Source: an uncultured Nitrososphaerota archaeon (GTDB lineage: Archaea > Thermoproteota > Nitrososphaeria > Conexivisphaerales > DTJL01). Taken from it: a stretch of DNA of 60,132 nt. A program made the translations under genes and the position numbers. The stretch is taken from positions 1 through 60,132 of the forward strand of contig CAWJIE010000008.1 in NCBI GenBank assembly GCA_963842885.1, in the 5' to 3' direction. Every line of letters starts with the position of its first letter. Position 1 is the stretch's first letter. The notes below the pieces were generated by a model. It was not told the DNA's origin. It searched no databases and worked only from the letters and a program-made list of their open reading frames with translations. Shown piece by piece: positions 28,476 through 38,116 of this stretch.

Positions 28476-28943
28476 TTGACCCACAAGCTAGCCGTGGCAT
28501 GCCTCGGAAACCCCATACTAGGCGACGACGCTTTCGGTCTGCTCGTAGCCAAAGAGCTGGAGGGCATGGCCGGAGCCGACGTGCTTAGCCTGGAGGGAGG
28601 GGGGCTGGACGTGGCTCTGAAGCTCATCCCCTACTCCCAGGTTTTGGTCATCGACGCCATCGAGACGGCCGACGGCAAGGTCGGCGAAATCGTCTCACTC
28701 ACCGTCGACGAGCTTGCCTCCCTGAAGGGGCTCGAAGGACACGCCCTGAGCCTCGCCCAAGCCCTGGAGGCCCTCCGGCTCCTTTCCGGGGACGGCCCCC
28801 GCACCGTGGAGATTCTGGCCTGCAGGATAAGGCCAGTCGAGGCATACGGAGAGGCTATCAGCCCGGCGGTACGGTCTGCGGTCCGCCGCTGCGCCAAGAT
28901 GGCAAGAAGCTGGGTCCTGAAGAGGGTGCCGCGAAACCTTTAG
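28476..28943 (+). CDS. Hydrogenase maturation protease
   Basis: LGNPILGDDAFG, IDA, H motifs. Confidence 0.88.
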   Translation: MTHKLAVACLGNPILGDDAFGLLVAKELEGMAGADVLSLEGGGLDVALKLIPYSQVLVIDAIETADGKVGEIVSLTVDELASLKGLEGHALSLAQALEALRLLSGDGPRTVEILACRIRPVEAYGEAISPAVRSAVRRCAKMARSWVLKRVPRNL

Positions 28944-28971
28944 CTAAAGCCTCCACAATCCCGTCTCCGAT

Positions 28972-29460
28972 GTGAGAGTCGAGGGGAAAGTCCTAATCCT
29001 TGGCTGCGGGAACGTCCTTCTCGGCGACGACGGCTTCGGCCCTGCTGTAGCCGCCCGATGCCGCCGCTTCAAGCTCGGCGACTCCATCGTTGCGCTGGAC
29101 GTAGGCACTCAGCTGAGCCCTTTGACGATGGATCTCCTCTATGGCGATGAGAAACCCATCGGCTTGATAATCTTGGACGCTGCCGACGGCGGACGCAGAC
29201 CGGGCGACGTCTTTCGGGTTTCCCTCGACGACCTCGGTAGGAGGAAGACGGACACGTTCGGCCTCCACGACTTCCCATCCGTCTCCGTGTTCAAGGAACT
29301 CGAGATGTCGAAAGGGACCAGGACCGAGATAATAGCCTGCCAGCCTGCGCTGGGGATGGACATTGTCGGGATCGGTCTGTCGAAGGAGGTGAGAGAGGCC
29401 ATCCCGAAAGCGGCAAAGATGGCTGTGATTAGGGCACGTCAGATGGCCCGCGTGGACTAG
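28972..29460 (+). CDS. Second hydrogenase maturation protease
   Basis: GCGNVLLGDDGFG, LDAAD, LH, CQP. Confidence 0.9.
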   Translation: MRVEGKVLILGCGNVLLGDDGFGPAVAARCRRFKLGDSIVALDVGTQLSPLTMDLLYGDEKPIGLIILDAADGGRRPGDVFRVSLDDLGRRKTDTFGLHDFPSVSVFKELEMSKGTRTEIIACQPALGMDIVGIGLSKEVREAIPKAAKMAVIRARQMARVD

Positions 29461-29559
29461 GCTCTGAAGGCGCATCTCTGGCCTCCGTAACCCTATAATC
29501 GGCTTATTAGGCTGTTTATAACCTGCTCCGTCGCGGCACATGGCTGGGCGAGGAGGCAA

Positions 29560-30099
29560 TTGGACAAGGAGATCAAAGCAGCGTCTGATTCGAACTCCAC
29601 CAAGGTCCTGGCCGAGGCCCTGGTCATGATAGCCCTATCCGCGGGGCTGTACATGTTCAAGATCTTCACGTCCCCGGAGGGTGGCTCCATCACGCTTGGC
29701 TCGATGACTCCCATCTTCGTCCTCGCCTATAGGAGGGGGGTCAAGGTGGGCATGCTTGCGGGCGCATGCCTTGGGCTCATAGTACTCGTCATCGAGCCCT
29801 TCGTGTACAACCCCATCCAGTTCATCCTGGACTATCCTCTGCCTTTCGCTCTGCTGGGGGTGGCGGGCTTCTTCGGGAGGTGGCCCATACTGGGCGTGGG
29901 AGCGGGCATTGGAGCGCGTTTCGTCTGCCATTTCATCTCAGGCTCACTCTACTTCTGCTCCTACATGACGCCCGGGTTCACCAGCTGTCCGGTCTACTCC
30001 GCCGTCTACAACGCGAGCTACCTGATCCCGGAGTTCCTGATCAGCGCCGTGATCGTGTTCTTCCTCGCAAAAAGGAATATACTCTCGGTGAGCACTTGA
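29560..30099 (+). CDS. thiT: ECF S-component, thiamine transporter ThiT family
   Basis: PEGGSIT, QFILDYPLPF, RFVCHFISG, YSAVYNASY. Confidence 0.88.
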   Translation: MDKEIKAASDSNSTKVLAEALVMIALSAGLYMFKIFTSPEGGSITLGSMTPIFVLAYRRGVKVGMLAGACLGLIVLVIEPFVYNPIQFILDYPLPFALLGVAGFFGRWPILGVGAGIGARFVCHFISGSLYFCSYMTPGFTSCPVYSAVYNASYLIPEFLISAVIVFFLAKRNILSVST

Positions 30100-30144
30100 G
30101 CGGCTGGGGGACAGGGCGCGACAGCGAGAGATCACCGTCAAGAT

Positions 30145-31197
30145 TTGGATGTGGGCTATGGCAAGCCGTCCGAAGCGACCATGGAGGAGATCCTCAAGCA
30201 CCTCGGGTCCAAGGCCGCCGACCTCATCGTCCCCCCCGCCAGAGGGTTCGACAACGGCGTACTCAGACTGGGCAGCGGCCGGGTGCTGGTTTTCACCGCG
30301 GACCCCATCTCCTTCATCCCATCCATTGGAGCTAGGCTATCGGCCTGGCTGAGCATCCACCATCTGGCCTCGGACCTAGCCACGAGCGGGGTCCTCCCCA
30401 GATACGCCGTCGTCGACTACAACCTCCCCGTCGACTTCAGCGACAGTAGCCTCAGAGCCTACACCGTCGCCTTCGGACGCGAATGTAGGAAGCTCGGCGT
30501 CTCCGTCATAGGGGGGCATACCGGGCGATATCCCGGCTGCGGGCTCAGCATCATCGGCGGGGCCGTCCTCTTTGCGGAGGCAGATCGGTCAGGATTCGTC
30601 ACCCCCGCGATGGCCGCGGCGGGGGATAGGGTTGTCGTCACCAAAGGTCCAGCCCTCGAAGCCACATCCGTCTTGGCACACTCCTTCCCGCTCAAGGTTC
30701 AGGAGGCGTTGGGGCAAAGGATCCTCTCCAAGGCGAAGGGGAGGCTCCTTCAATGCTCGACCCTTGCCGATTCGTTGGTCGCCGCTTCGGTGGGCATCCG
30801 GCTCGATGGTGTCACCTCCATGCACGACTCCAGCGAGGGCGGAGTCGTGACGGCGCTAAGTGAGCTGGCGACCGCATCCGGCAAGGAAATCGCTGCTGAC
30901 CTCAGACTGATCCCGGTGCCCGAGGACGTTGGAAGGGTGTGTTCCCTGTTCGGCCTCAATCCGTTCGAAACGCTCAGCGAAGGGACTCTCGTCGTCACCT
31001 GCCGCCCGACGAAGGTGGCCAAGCTCGTCAGGGCCCTGGGAAAGAACGGGACCGAGTGCTTTGAGGTGGGAGAGGTGCGCGAAGGAAGTGTCCGCAACCT
31101 AGGGGCCAAGGGGGGCGTAAGGCTGTCTCCGCGGACGCCGCCCTACGAGAAGTACTGGGACGTCTACGCTCAAGGCATCGAGGAAGGATGGCGCTAG
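30145..31197 (+). CDS. AIR synthase-related (PurM/HypE/ThiL fold) protein
   Basis: GK, TADP, ASDLATSG, GGHT, VTKG, MHDSSEGG, SEGTL. Confidence 0.85.
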   Translation: MDVGYGKPSEATMEEILKHLGSKAADLIVPPARGFDNGVLRLGSGRVLVFTADPISFIPSIGARLSAWLSIHHLASDLATSGVLPRYAVVDYNLPVDFSDSSLRAYTVAFGRECRKLGVSVIGGHTGRYPGCGLSIIGGAVLFAEADRSGFVTPAMAAAGDRVVVTKGPALEATSVLAHSFPLKVQEALGQRILSKAKGRLLQCSTLADSLVAASVGIRLDGVTSMHDSSEGGVVTALSELATASGKEIAADLRLIPVPEDVGRVCSLFGLNPFETLSEGTLVVTCRPTKVAKLVRALGKNGTECFEVGEVREGSVRNLGAKGGVRLSPRTPPYEKYWDVYAQGIEEGWR

Positions 31198-32807
31198 GCC
31201 TGCGGCGACTCCGGAGAGAGCCGCTTCGCCATGTAGGGTCCCTTCCTGGAGTACCCCAGCTTGGCGTAGTACTCCCTCGTCCCCACCGCGCTTGTCACTA
31301 TCATCTCTTCCAATCCGAGCTCTGACTTCGCGATCCTCTCTGCCTCTGCCATCAGCCTGGCGCCGTAGCCGCGGTGCTGCCAGCCGTCGGGCGTCCTCCG
31401 ACCTACGTCCACCAGCCTACCGTAGACCCTAAGCTCCCTGATGACCGCGGAGGAAGGGCCGATCTCAGGCCTGACCACGTCCGGACTCGGAAGCCTCATG
31501 CGCGCAAAGCCGGCGATGGTCTCGTCCTCGTCCACATAGGACAAGAAGAACTCCTCTCCACCTGACGCGCCATACCGCATGACGTCCAACCTGAAGGCCT
31601 GGGAGCTTCTGGGAGAGACGGATCTGATCCCCACTTCACGGCATCTGATGCAACGGCACCTCTTGCCCTGCTCATGAAGCCTCTGGCGGGCCAACTCCCG
31701 AAGGTTGCTCGCCTTCACCCCGCCTTCGATTAAGTACGCGGGGATGTCTCTCTGCACTCTCATTATCCTGACCCAAGGAGGGGTCATCTCCTTCACCTTC
31801 GCCACCAGCTCCACGGTTTCATCCAGGGTGTAGGGGACGTACCTTCCTTCCTCGTAGACACGAAAGAGAGGGGCGGATCTCACCACCAGCGTGGGGTATA
31901 TCTTCAGCATGTCGGGCTTGAACCTTTCGTCCTCGAAGAGCGTCCGGAACGACCGCAGGTCCTTCTCGACCGACGAGCCCGGCAAGCCGGGCATCATGTG
32001 GGCGACGACCTTAAGCCCAGCGTCCTTCGCGATCTTGAAGGCATCCACCGTCTGACCGACCTCGTGGCCCCTGTTTACGTAGCGGAGGACTCCGTCGTCA
32101 AGGATCTGCACCCCTATCTCCACCCTGGTGGCGCCGTAGCCGAGAAGGAGATCCACCTCCCTCCTCCCGAGACAGTCAGGCCTGGTCTCGAAGGTCAGGC
32201 CAACGCACCTCCTGGCCGCGGTTTCGTTGGCCCTGACGGCATCCTCCAGTGAAGGAGAACGGGCCCCGTTGAGCCCTTCGTAGAGGCCCTTGACGAAACC
32301 CTCCTGATAGACGGGGTCGAAGCTCAAGAAGGTCCCACCCATGACGACGAGTTCGGCCTTTCCGGTGCTGTGGCCAATCTCCTCCAGCTGCTCCAGCCGG
32401 TTCCTCACTTCACGGAACGAGTCATAGTCGTTCTGGGACCCCCTGAGGGCCGCCGGCTCCTTCCCCGTGTAGGACTTCGGCGAGCCAAAGGCGACTCCCC
32501 CCGGGCAGTACATGCATTTGGCCTGGGGAGGGCAGGGCGCGGGGCTCGACATGGCGGCGATGACGGCGACACCTGAAAGGTTGCGTGCGGCCTTGATCGT
32601 GAGAAGCTTACGCAAAGGCCCGTCCTCGGGCCCAAGGTGTCTCATAAGATCCGAGTTGCGGGGTATCGAGGGGCTCCCCTGCTTCGAAGCCGCACGCTGC
32701 TTGATGAGCTGGACATCCTTCGACGAGGGGCTGTCCAACCTCCTGAGTTCCTCCACCGCCATCTCTGCGGCCATCTCCACCCTCTCATGCGATCGCGGCT
32801 CCTGCAA
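31194..32807 (-). CDS. elp3: Elp3 tRNA U34 carboxymethylation enzyme (radical SAM + KAT)
   Basis: CPPQAKCMYCP, SYTGKEP, ETRPD, KIYPTLV, RVQRDIP, CRCIRCRE, WQHRGYG. Confidence 0.96.
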   Translation of the reverse strand: MQEPRSHERVEMAAEMAVEELRRLDSPSSKDVQLIKQRAASKQGSPSIPRNSDLMRHLGPEDGPLRKLLTIKAARNLSGVAVIAAMSSPAPCPPQAKCMYCPGGVAFGSPKSYTGKEPAALRGSQNDYDSFREVRNRLEQLEEIGHSTGKAELVVMGGTFLSFDPVYQEGFVKGLYEGLNGARSPSLEDAVRANETAARRCVGLTFETRPDCLGRREVDLLLGYGATRVEIGVQILDDGVLRYVNRGHEVGQTVDAFKIAKDAGLKVVAHMMPGLPGSSVEKDLRSFRTLFEDERFKPDMLKIYPTLVVRSAPLFRVYEEGRYVPYTLDETVELVAKVKEMTPPWVRIMRVQRDIPAYLIEGGVKASNLRELARQRLHEQGKRCRCIRCREVGIRSVSPRSSQAFRLDVMRYGASGGEEFFLSYVDEDETIAGFARMRLPSPDVVRPEIGPSSAVIRELRVYGRLVDVGRRTPDGWQHRGYGARLMAEAERIAKSELGLEEMIVTSAVGTREYYAKLGYSRKGPYMAKRLSPESPQA

Positions 32808-32900
32808 TGTCCTCCGTAATGACGCGCACGGCTCTATATGAGTCTCCCTGAGGCAACTTGAAGAAGGTATATCTCGGCCGTATCAGAACCACCTGACGGA

Positions 32901-33830
32901 TTGACGAGGCTGGCCGACGGCGTGCACTACCTCGGGACGGTGGGGAAGCCCGAGGTGCTTTCGACATACCTCGTGGGGGAGGGCAGCGAGTACGCCCTCC
33001 TCGAGCCCGGGCCGTCGAACACGGTCGAAGAGACCCTCTCCCTCGTCCGGTCTTCAGGGGTCTCCCTGGATTCGATCAGGCACCTCGTCGTGACTCATGT
33101 CCACCTCGACCACGCGGGCGGGGCATGGAAGATGATCGACCGCCTCCCCAATGCCGATGTGGTCGTCTACAAGGGAGGCGCCAAACACATCGCCGACCCA
33201 CAGAGGTTGTCGCAGGGGGCCGAAATGGTGCTGGGGCCCCTATACAAGCTCTGGGGGGAGATGAAGGCCCTGCCGGCTGACCGGATCAGGGAGGTCGTGG
33301 ACGGCGAGATCCTGCCGGTCGGGGGCCACCACTTGAAGGTCATCTACACTCCCGGCCACTCGCCCTTCCACATGTCCGTGATGGACCTCGAGAGCCTCTC
33401 GCTCTTCACTGGAGACGCCGTCGGCATGTACGTCGGCGAGAAGGAGGCCTTGTGGCCCAACAGCCCCCTTCCCTCGTTCCGATACGAGGACTCCATGGAG
33501 ACCATCGGCGGCCTCGAATCGGAGTCCCCTCGCAGGCTCCTCATTCCGCACTATGAGCCTCAGTCCGACGTCGCCCACCTGTTCGACCTCAACAGGAGGA
33601 CGTATCAGGCGTGGCATGACCTCCTGGAGAGAGAGCCCCCTGAGAAGAGCCTGCGCGAGGTCGTGGACGACCTTCTGGGTTCCAGCGCCTCGTACAGCTG
33701 GATTCTCGCCGACGAGCTCGCAAGGTGGGTCATCACGATGCACGCCACCGGGTTCCGGCAGTACTTCCTCGACCGCAGGCCTCCTCGGTCGACGCCCTCT
33801 GACAGGCTTCCTGGGGCCCGAAGGGAGTAG
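32901..33830 (+). CDS. MBL-fold metallo-hydrolase
   Basis: THVHLDHAGG, TPGH, FTGD, PH. Confidence 0.92.
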   Translation: MTRLADGVHYLGTVGKPEVLSTYLVGEGSEYALLEPGPSNTVEETLSLVRSSGVSLDSIRHLVVTHVHLDHAGGAWKMIDRLPNADVVVYKGGAKHIADPQRLSQGAEMVLGPLYKLWGEMKALPADRIREVVDGEILPVGGHHLKVIYTPGHSPFHMSVMDLESLSLFTGDAVGMYVGEKEALWPNSPLPSFRYEDSMETIGGLESESPRRLLIPHYEPQSDVAHLFDLNRRTYQAWHDLLEREPPEKSLREVVDDLLGSSASYSWILADELARWVITMHATGFRQYFLDRRPPRSTPSDRLPGARRE

Positions 33831-33857
33831 GCTTAAAAGGCCATGGAACAAGGGTAA

Positions 33858-34523
33858 TTGGTCGCATTGTTCCGAGTAGTTTCGCTGGATTTCTCTGGCA
33901 CGCTAGTCAGCCCCGACCTCATGGACTACTTCTGGTTGGACCTCGTTCCGCTGCTGTACTCCGAGCGGCAAGGGATCTGGCTTTCCGAGGCCAAGGACGA
34001 AGTCTATGCGGCCTACGAAGATGTCGGAAAGGACGAGCTGCGATGGTACGTCCCCGACTATTGGTTCAAGAGGTTCGGCATTGCCGATCAGTTGGACCAG
34101 GCGCTGGGCGAAGCGCGGAGCCGGATGCGGGTGTACCCGGATGTTGCCTCCTTGCAGGCGCTCGCGGAGAAGTACCGCCTGTTCGTCTGCAGTAACATGA
34201 CCGACGACTTCCTGAAGGTCCTGACCCCGAATCTGGGCATCGATGCCGAGGGCTACTTCTCGGCGGTTTCAGCCTTCTCTCTGACCACGAAGAGGAAGGA
34301 GTTCTATTCAAAGGTCGCTGAGGCGCTCGAGGTCGACCCGTCGGAGATGGTCCACGTGGGAGACGACCTGAAGGCGGACTTCGAAGCGCCCATCGAGGCC
34401 GGATGGCGGGCGATCTTCCTTGACCGCCAGCGCCACCATCCTGACATCTCCCCCTCCATCACGAATCTGAGCGCTCTTCCTTCCGCGCTCGAGCGCCTTG
34501 TGATTTCAGAGCCAGTCCGCTAG
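33858..34523 (+). CDS. HAD family hydrolase
   Basis: SLDFSGTL, CSN, K, HVGDD..AD. Confidence 0.85.
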   Translation: MVALFRVVSLDFSGTLVSPDLMDYFWLDLVPLLYSERQGIWLSEAKDEVYAAYEDVGKDELRWYVPDYWFKRFGIADQLDQALGEARSRMRVYPDVASLQALAEKYRLFVCSNMTDDFLKVLTPNLGIDAEGYFSAVSAFSLTTKRKEFYSKVAEALEVDPSEMVHVGDDLKADFEAPIEAGWRAIFLDRQRHHPDISPSITNLSALPSALERLVISEPVR

Positions 34524-34577
34524 CCGAACCCATATATGGGCGGCCAGATGAAAGGGTGCCGTCGAGAGTGACCCTCT

Positions 34578-35222
34578 GTGGTGTCGTTCAATGACGCAGC
34601 CTACGGTCTGGTGCTTTTCGGCTCCATCGTCGCCGTGCTATTCCTCTCGAAGCTGATCAAGAACCCTTACGTCTCCAGGAAGTCGATTCACATGTGGGTA
34701 GGCGTGGTCATCGTGGCCATCCCCTTCCTCCTCAAGGACCCGGCGGTGGTAGGCGTCTTGGCCCTCCTACTCACGATCTTCACGATGATCCCGCACATGC
34801 GCAGCAAGGAGATCCCCTGGTTCCAGTTCAAGGAGAACTACGGTGAGGTGTATTTCGCGGCCCTGACGACGCTCCTCCTCACTGCTTCATGGCACTATGA
34901 CGTCTGGCTGGCCGTGACGGCCCTGCTGTTCATGGCCTGGGGCGACGGGGTGACCGGTATCGTAAGGAACTACGTGTACAAGAGGAGGTACAAGGGCATC
35001 GCGGGAACCTACGCCATGATCGCGGTCTCTGTTCCTGTGGGCTTCATCGTATATGGGTGGAGCCACGGCTGGGCAAACGGTTGGATAGGCATCGTCGGGG
35101 CGCTGGTCGCCAGCTATGTTGAGAAGCTGGACGTCATGGACGACAACGTCTCCATCCCGGTCTTCGGCTACGCAGTGATGTTCGTCCTCCAAAGCCTCCT
35201 TGGCGTTTCAGCCGTGGTTTAG
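34578..35222 (+). CDS. Dolichol/phytol kinase-like membrane protein (cytidylyltransferase family)
   Basis: SRKSIHM, AWGDG, KGIAGT, DDNVSIP. Confidence 0.85.
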   Translation: MVSFNDAAYGLVLFGSIVAVLFLSKLIKNPYVSRKSIHMWVGVVIVAIPFLLKDPAVVGVLALLLTIFTMIPHMRSKEIPWFQFKENYGEVYFAALTTLLLTASWHYDVWLAVTALLFMAWGDGVTGIVRNYVYKRRYKGIAGTYAMIAVSVPVGFIVYGWSHGWANGWIGIVGALVASYVEKLDVMDDNVSIPVFGYAVMFVLQSLLGVSAVV

Positions 35223-35269
35223 GAACTGACGCCACCCTTATTATGAAACTGACTTCTCTTGTCTTTCAC

Positions 35270-35507
35270 TTGTCTGCCAAAGCGTCAAGGATCCTGGACG
35301 CAAGAGGCCTTTCCTGCCCCATTCCGGTGTTTGAAGTGAACAAGAACATCGGGCAGATCGAGCATGGGGGAGACGTTGGAGGTCTTCGCTACGGATCCGG
35401 CGGCCGCACCTGACATCAAGGCGTGGGCGGAGCGTCGCGGACACCTCTTCCTGGTGGCCGAACCAAAGAACGGATGCACGAGAATAGTGGTGAAGAGGAA
35501 CAAGTAG
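35270..35507 (+). CDS. tusA: TusA family sulfur carrier (1-nt frameshift in the G-run near 35365)
   Basis: Manual translation ILDARGLSCPIPV.../GETLEVFATDPAAAPDIKAWAERRGH. Confidence 0.85.
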
Positions 35508-35518
35508 GGATCCTCCTC

Positions 35519-35860
35519 CTAGGAGGAGGTCTCCTGCTCGGGTATCTTCTTCAGCTTGACCACCGGCCCCACGGCCACGAAGACGATGGCGACTCCTGAC
35601 AAGGCCGCCTCCACGAGGATGGTGCTCTGAAGCCCTATGAACTCCCCCAGGATGCTCCCGACGAACAGCCCGAGGGTGGGGAAGGGAAGGAACGTCAGCC
35701 CGATGAAGACCCCGATCTGGAACGGATTGGCGGCGAAGAGCTTGATGGCTATGGTGGGGATGGCTATCCTCGACACTTGTGTCAGGAACTGGCTGAATGT
35801 GTCGCCGGTCCAGAACTTCAGGAAGTCGCGGTGGTGCTAGAGCTTCCCCTGCAGACGCAA
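35519..35860 (-). pseudogene. MFS transporter remnant: nonsense codon plus internal deletion
   Basis: GKL*HHRDFLKFWTGDTFSQF (TM1-2) joined directly to a last-two-TM-like segment GSILGEFIGLQSTIL..PVVKLKKIPE. Confidence 0.75.
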
Positions 35861-35981
35861 GTTGCACCCACAGTCTCCGGTGGGCTATCTGAATCTTGGT
35901 CATAGCCGGCCATGGCGTGCTCTACGTAAGAAACAGTAGCCCGGACCGACCGGAGCAGAGAGCACTCTACGCCGACTGACG

Positions 35982-36093
35982 TGGAGGTGGGGGTGGGACT
36001 TCCCGCCGCCCTGTGCCCGGAGGCCAGGCGCGGCTCTTGAACCCACGTGGACTCGCTCTGCAGGCGAGTTCGTAACCGCTCCGACACCCCACC
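35982..36093 (-). tRNA. tRNA-Cys(GCA) with a 37-nt intron at position 59/60 (35999..36035); CCA encoded
   Basis: Acceptor GGTGGGG/CCCCACC, anticodon arm CTCGC-CTGCAGA-GCGAG, T stem GTGGG/CCCAC, U73, BHB-like junction, TTTTAATTA box about 28 nt upstream. Confidence 0.93.
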
Positions 36094-36155
36094 TGCGGTG
36101 CAACCCTACGCATAGCAAGCTAATTAAAAGTTGCGTGATAGTCCGGAAACGGGCT

Positions 36156-37031
36156 CTACTTCATCCTGTTTACGTCCTTGATGAACTTCACTATGGCGGA
36201 GTAGTCCCTGTCGCCATATCCCATGTTGTAGGCGCCCAGGTAGCTGCTCCTTACCTGCTGAAGGAGCGGCAGGAAGACCTTCATCTCCTCCGCCGTCTGG
36301 TCCGTCAGGTCCAGGTCCTTGAGCATGTGCCGGAGGTAGAGGGTGGGCTCCAGGCTATCCTTGACCATTTTCATTGCCTTGATCTCGCTGAAGCTCGTCT
36401 TGAACCCGGTTGAGTTGACTATCTGCACGAACAGGGAGGGGTCCAGGCCCGCCTTCTCGACGAGGACAGACCCTTCCGCCATGGACTGGGCATAGCTGGC
36501 CGTCAGGTGGTTGAGGGCCAGCTTGATGTACATCGCGCCGGGGACCGGGCCGATGTAGAAGACCTTCGAGGCGAACGTCTTGAGGATGTCCAGGTTCTCC
36601 TCGTAGCGAGTCCTGTCGCCGGAGACGAGGGCGACGAGCTCCCCCGTCTTGGCCTGGATGGGCCCGCCGACCAGGGGGACCTCGAGGTAGTTGATGTTCT
36701 TCCTGCGCAGCTTCTCCATTATCCTCTTCGACGTCGAGGGGAGGATGTCGCTGCAGTTGATGATGGTCTTCCCCGCCGCGATTCTTTCGTACATACCCTG
36801 AGAGGAGAACATCACGTCCTCCACAGCCGTCGTATCGGACACGGCGATGACGATCGAGTCGGCCAACTCGGCGACGTCTCGCTGCGAACTGACCATCTCC
36901 GCCTTACCTCTGAGAGCGTCCTGCTTGGCCTTGGTCCTGTTATAGGCCACGAGAGAGAAGCCCGACTGCACGATCCTTCCCGCGATGGGCAGGCCCATGT
37001 TTCCAAGGCCAATCAAACCTACTTTCCTCAA
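36156..37031 (-). CDS. Beta-hydroxyacid dehydrogenase (3-hydroxyisobutyrate/tartronate semialdehyde reductase family)
   Basis: GLIGLGNMG, YNRT, PLVGG, KLALN, KDL. Confidence 0.9.
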   Translation of the reverse strand: MRKVGLIGLGNMGLPIAGRIVQSGFSLVAYNRTKAKQDALRGKAEMVSSQRDVAELADSIVIAVSDTTAVEDVMFSSQGMYERIAAGKTIINCSDILPSTSKRIMEKLRRKNINYLEVPLVGGPIQAKTGELVALVSGDRTRYEENLDILKTFASKVFYIGPVPGAMYIKLALNHLTASYAQSMAEGSVLVEKAGLDPSLFVQIVNSTGFKTSFSEIKAMKMVKDSLEPTLYLRHMLKDLDLTDQTAEEMKVFLPLLQQVRSSYLGAYNMGYGDRDYSAIVKFIKDVNRMK

Positions 37032-37167
37032 AAAACGTACACCTCGAAAAGGTATATCCGGTCCATCATAAATGAGTTTCGTAGGTCGAAGAGCCTGCTC
37101 GCTCTAAACCTCGCCTTCGTCCAGATCAGGAGGACCTCCATAAGGAGAGGCATCCCGGACAGCAAGT

Positions 37168-38115
37168 CTAACTGTTGGAGAGCTGCCCGGTGAGCTGGGA
37201 CATCTTCTCCAGGCGCCTGTAGTTGGCGTCCACTTCCCTCTTCAGGCTCTCCAGCTGAGACGCCCCCTCGGGCTTGAGCAGGTGAGAGTAGCGGCCCTGG
37301 GCCTTGAGGTAGTCCTCCACGGGCTTGGGGTTGGTCACCGGCACCGTGATCCTGTACACCCCGTCCTCCACTTCGTAGATGGGGAAGAACCGCGTCTCCA
37401 CAGCCAGCTTGGACAGCTTCAGCGTCTTGGCCGCATCGAACCTCCATCCCCTGGTGCAGGGCGCGAGCACGTGTATGAAGGTAGGGCCGTCCTTCGACAA
37501 GGCCTTCCTTACCTTGTTCATCAGGTCCTTCCAGTTGGAAATGGAGGCCGTGGCTGCGAAGGGGACGTGATGCGCCACCACGATCGACACGAGGTCCTTC
37601 TTCGTCTCGGCCTTGCCGACCCTCGCCGAGCCCACCGGAGACGTGGTGGTCCAGGCGCCCCTGGGCGTCCCTCCCGACCTCTGTATCCCAGTGTTCATGT
37701 ATGCTTCGTTGTCGTAGCACACGTAGAGGAACCTGTGTCCTCTTTCGATAGCGCCAGAAAGCGCCTGCAGTCCGATGTCGTAGGTCCCTCCGTCGCCGCC
37801 GAACACGATGATCGGATGCTCCTGCCCCTCTCCGCGCCTGGCGAGGGCCTTGAAACCGGCTTCCACCCCGGAGGCAACCGCTGCGGCGTTCTCGAAGGCG
37901 GAGTGGATCCACGGCCTGTTCCAGGCCGAATAGGGGTAGAGGGCGGTGGAGACCTCGAGGCAACCCGTGGCGTTAGCCACGACGGCGTCCTTGGGCGCCG
38001 CAAGGAGGACCTGACGAACCACGATGGAGGCGCCGCATCCGGGACAGAGGCGGTGGCCCGGCGCGAGGGGCTCGTCCATGGTGAGCTCCTTCAAGCCCTT
38101 GATGGGCTCGTACAT
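37168..38115 (-). CDS. porB: Pyruvate/2-oxoacid:ferredoxin oxidoreductase beta subunit
   Basis: GHRLCPGC, ATGCLEV, GGDGGTYDIG, DNEAYMNTG. Confidence 0.95.
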   Translation of the reverse strand: MYEPIKGLKELTMDEPLAPGHRLCPGCGASIVVRQVLLAAPKDAVVANATGCLEVSTALYPYSAWNRPWIHSAFENAAAVASGVEAGFKALARRGEGQEHPIIVFGGDGGTYDIGLQALSGAIERGHRFLYVCYDNEAYMNTGIQRSGGTPRGAWTTTSPVGSARVGKAETKKDLVSIVVAHHVPFAATASISNWKDLMNKVRKALSKDGPTFIHVLAPCTRGWRFDAAKTLKLSKLAVETRFFPIYEVEDGVYRITVPVTNPKPVEDYLKAQGRYSHLLKPEGASQLESLKREVDANYRRLEKMSQLTGQLSNS

Positions 38116-38116
38116 T

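Noticed and set aside
29461-29559. TPP riboswitch upstream of thiT
   Set aside because: No CTGAGA core or matching stems seen
35837-35839. Pyrrolysine read-through of the TAG in the MFS gene
   Set aside because: TAG replaces an expected Trp codon in a gene that is also internally deleted; no pyl genes in the window
35900-36000. Integrated element at tRNA-Cys
   Set aside because: No integrase and no duplicated tRNA 3' end found in the window
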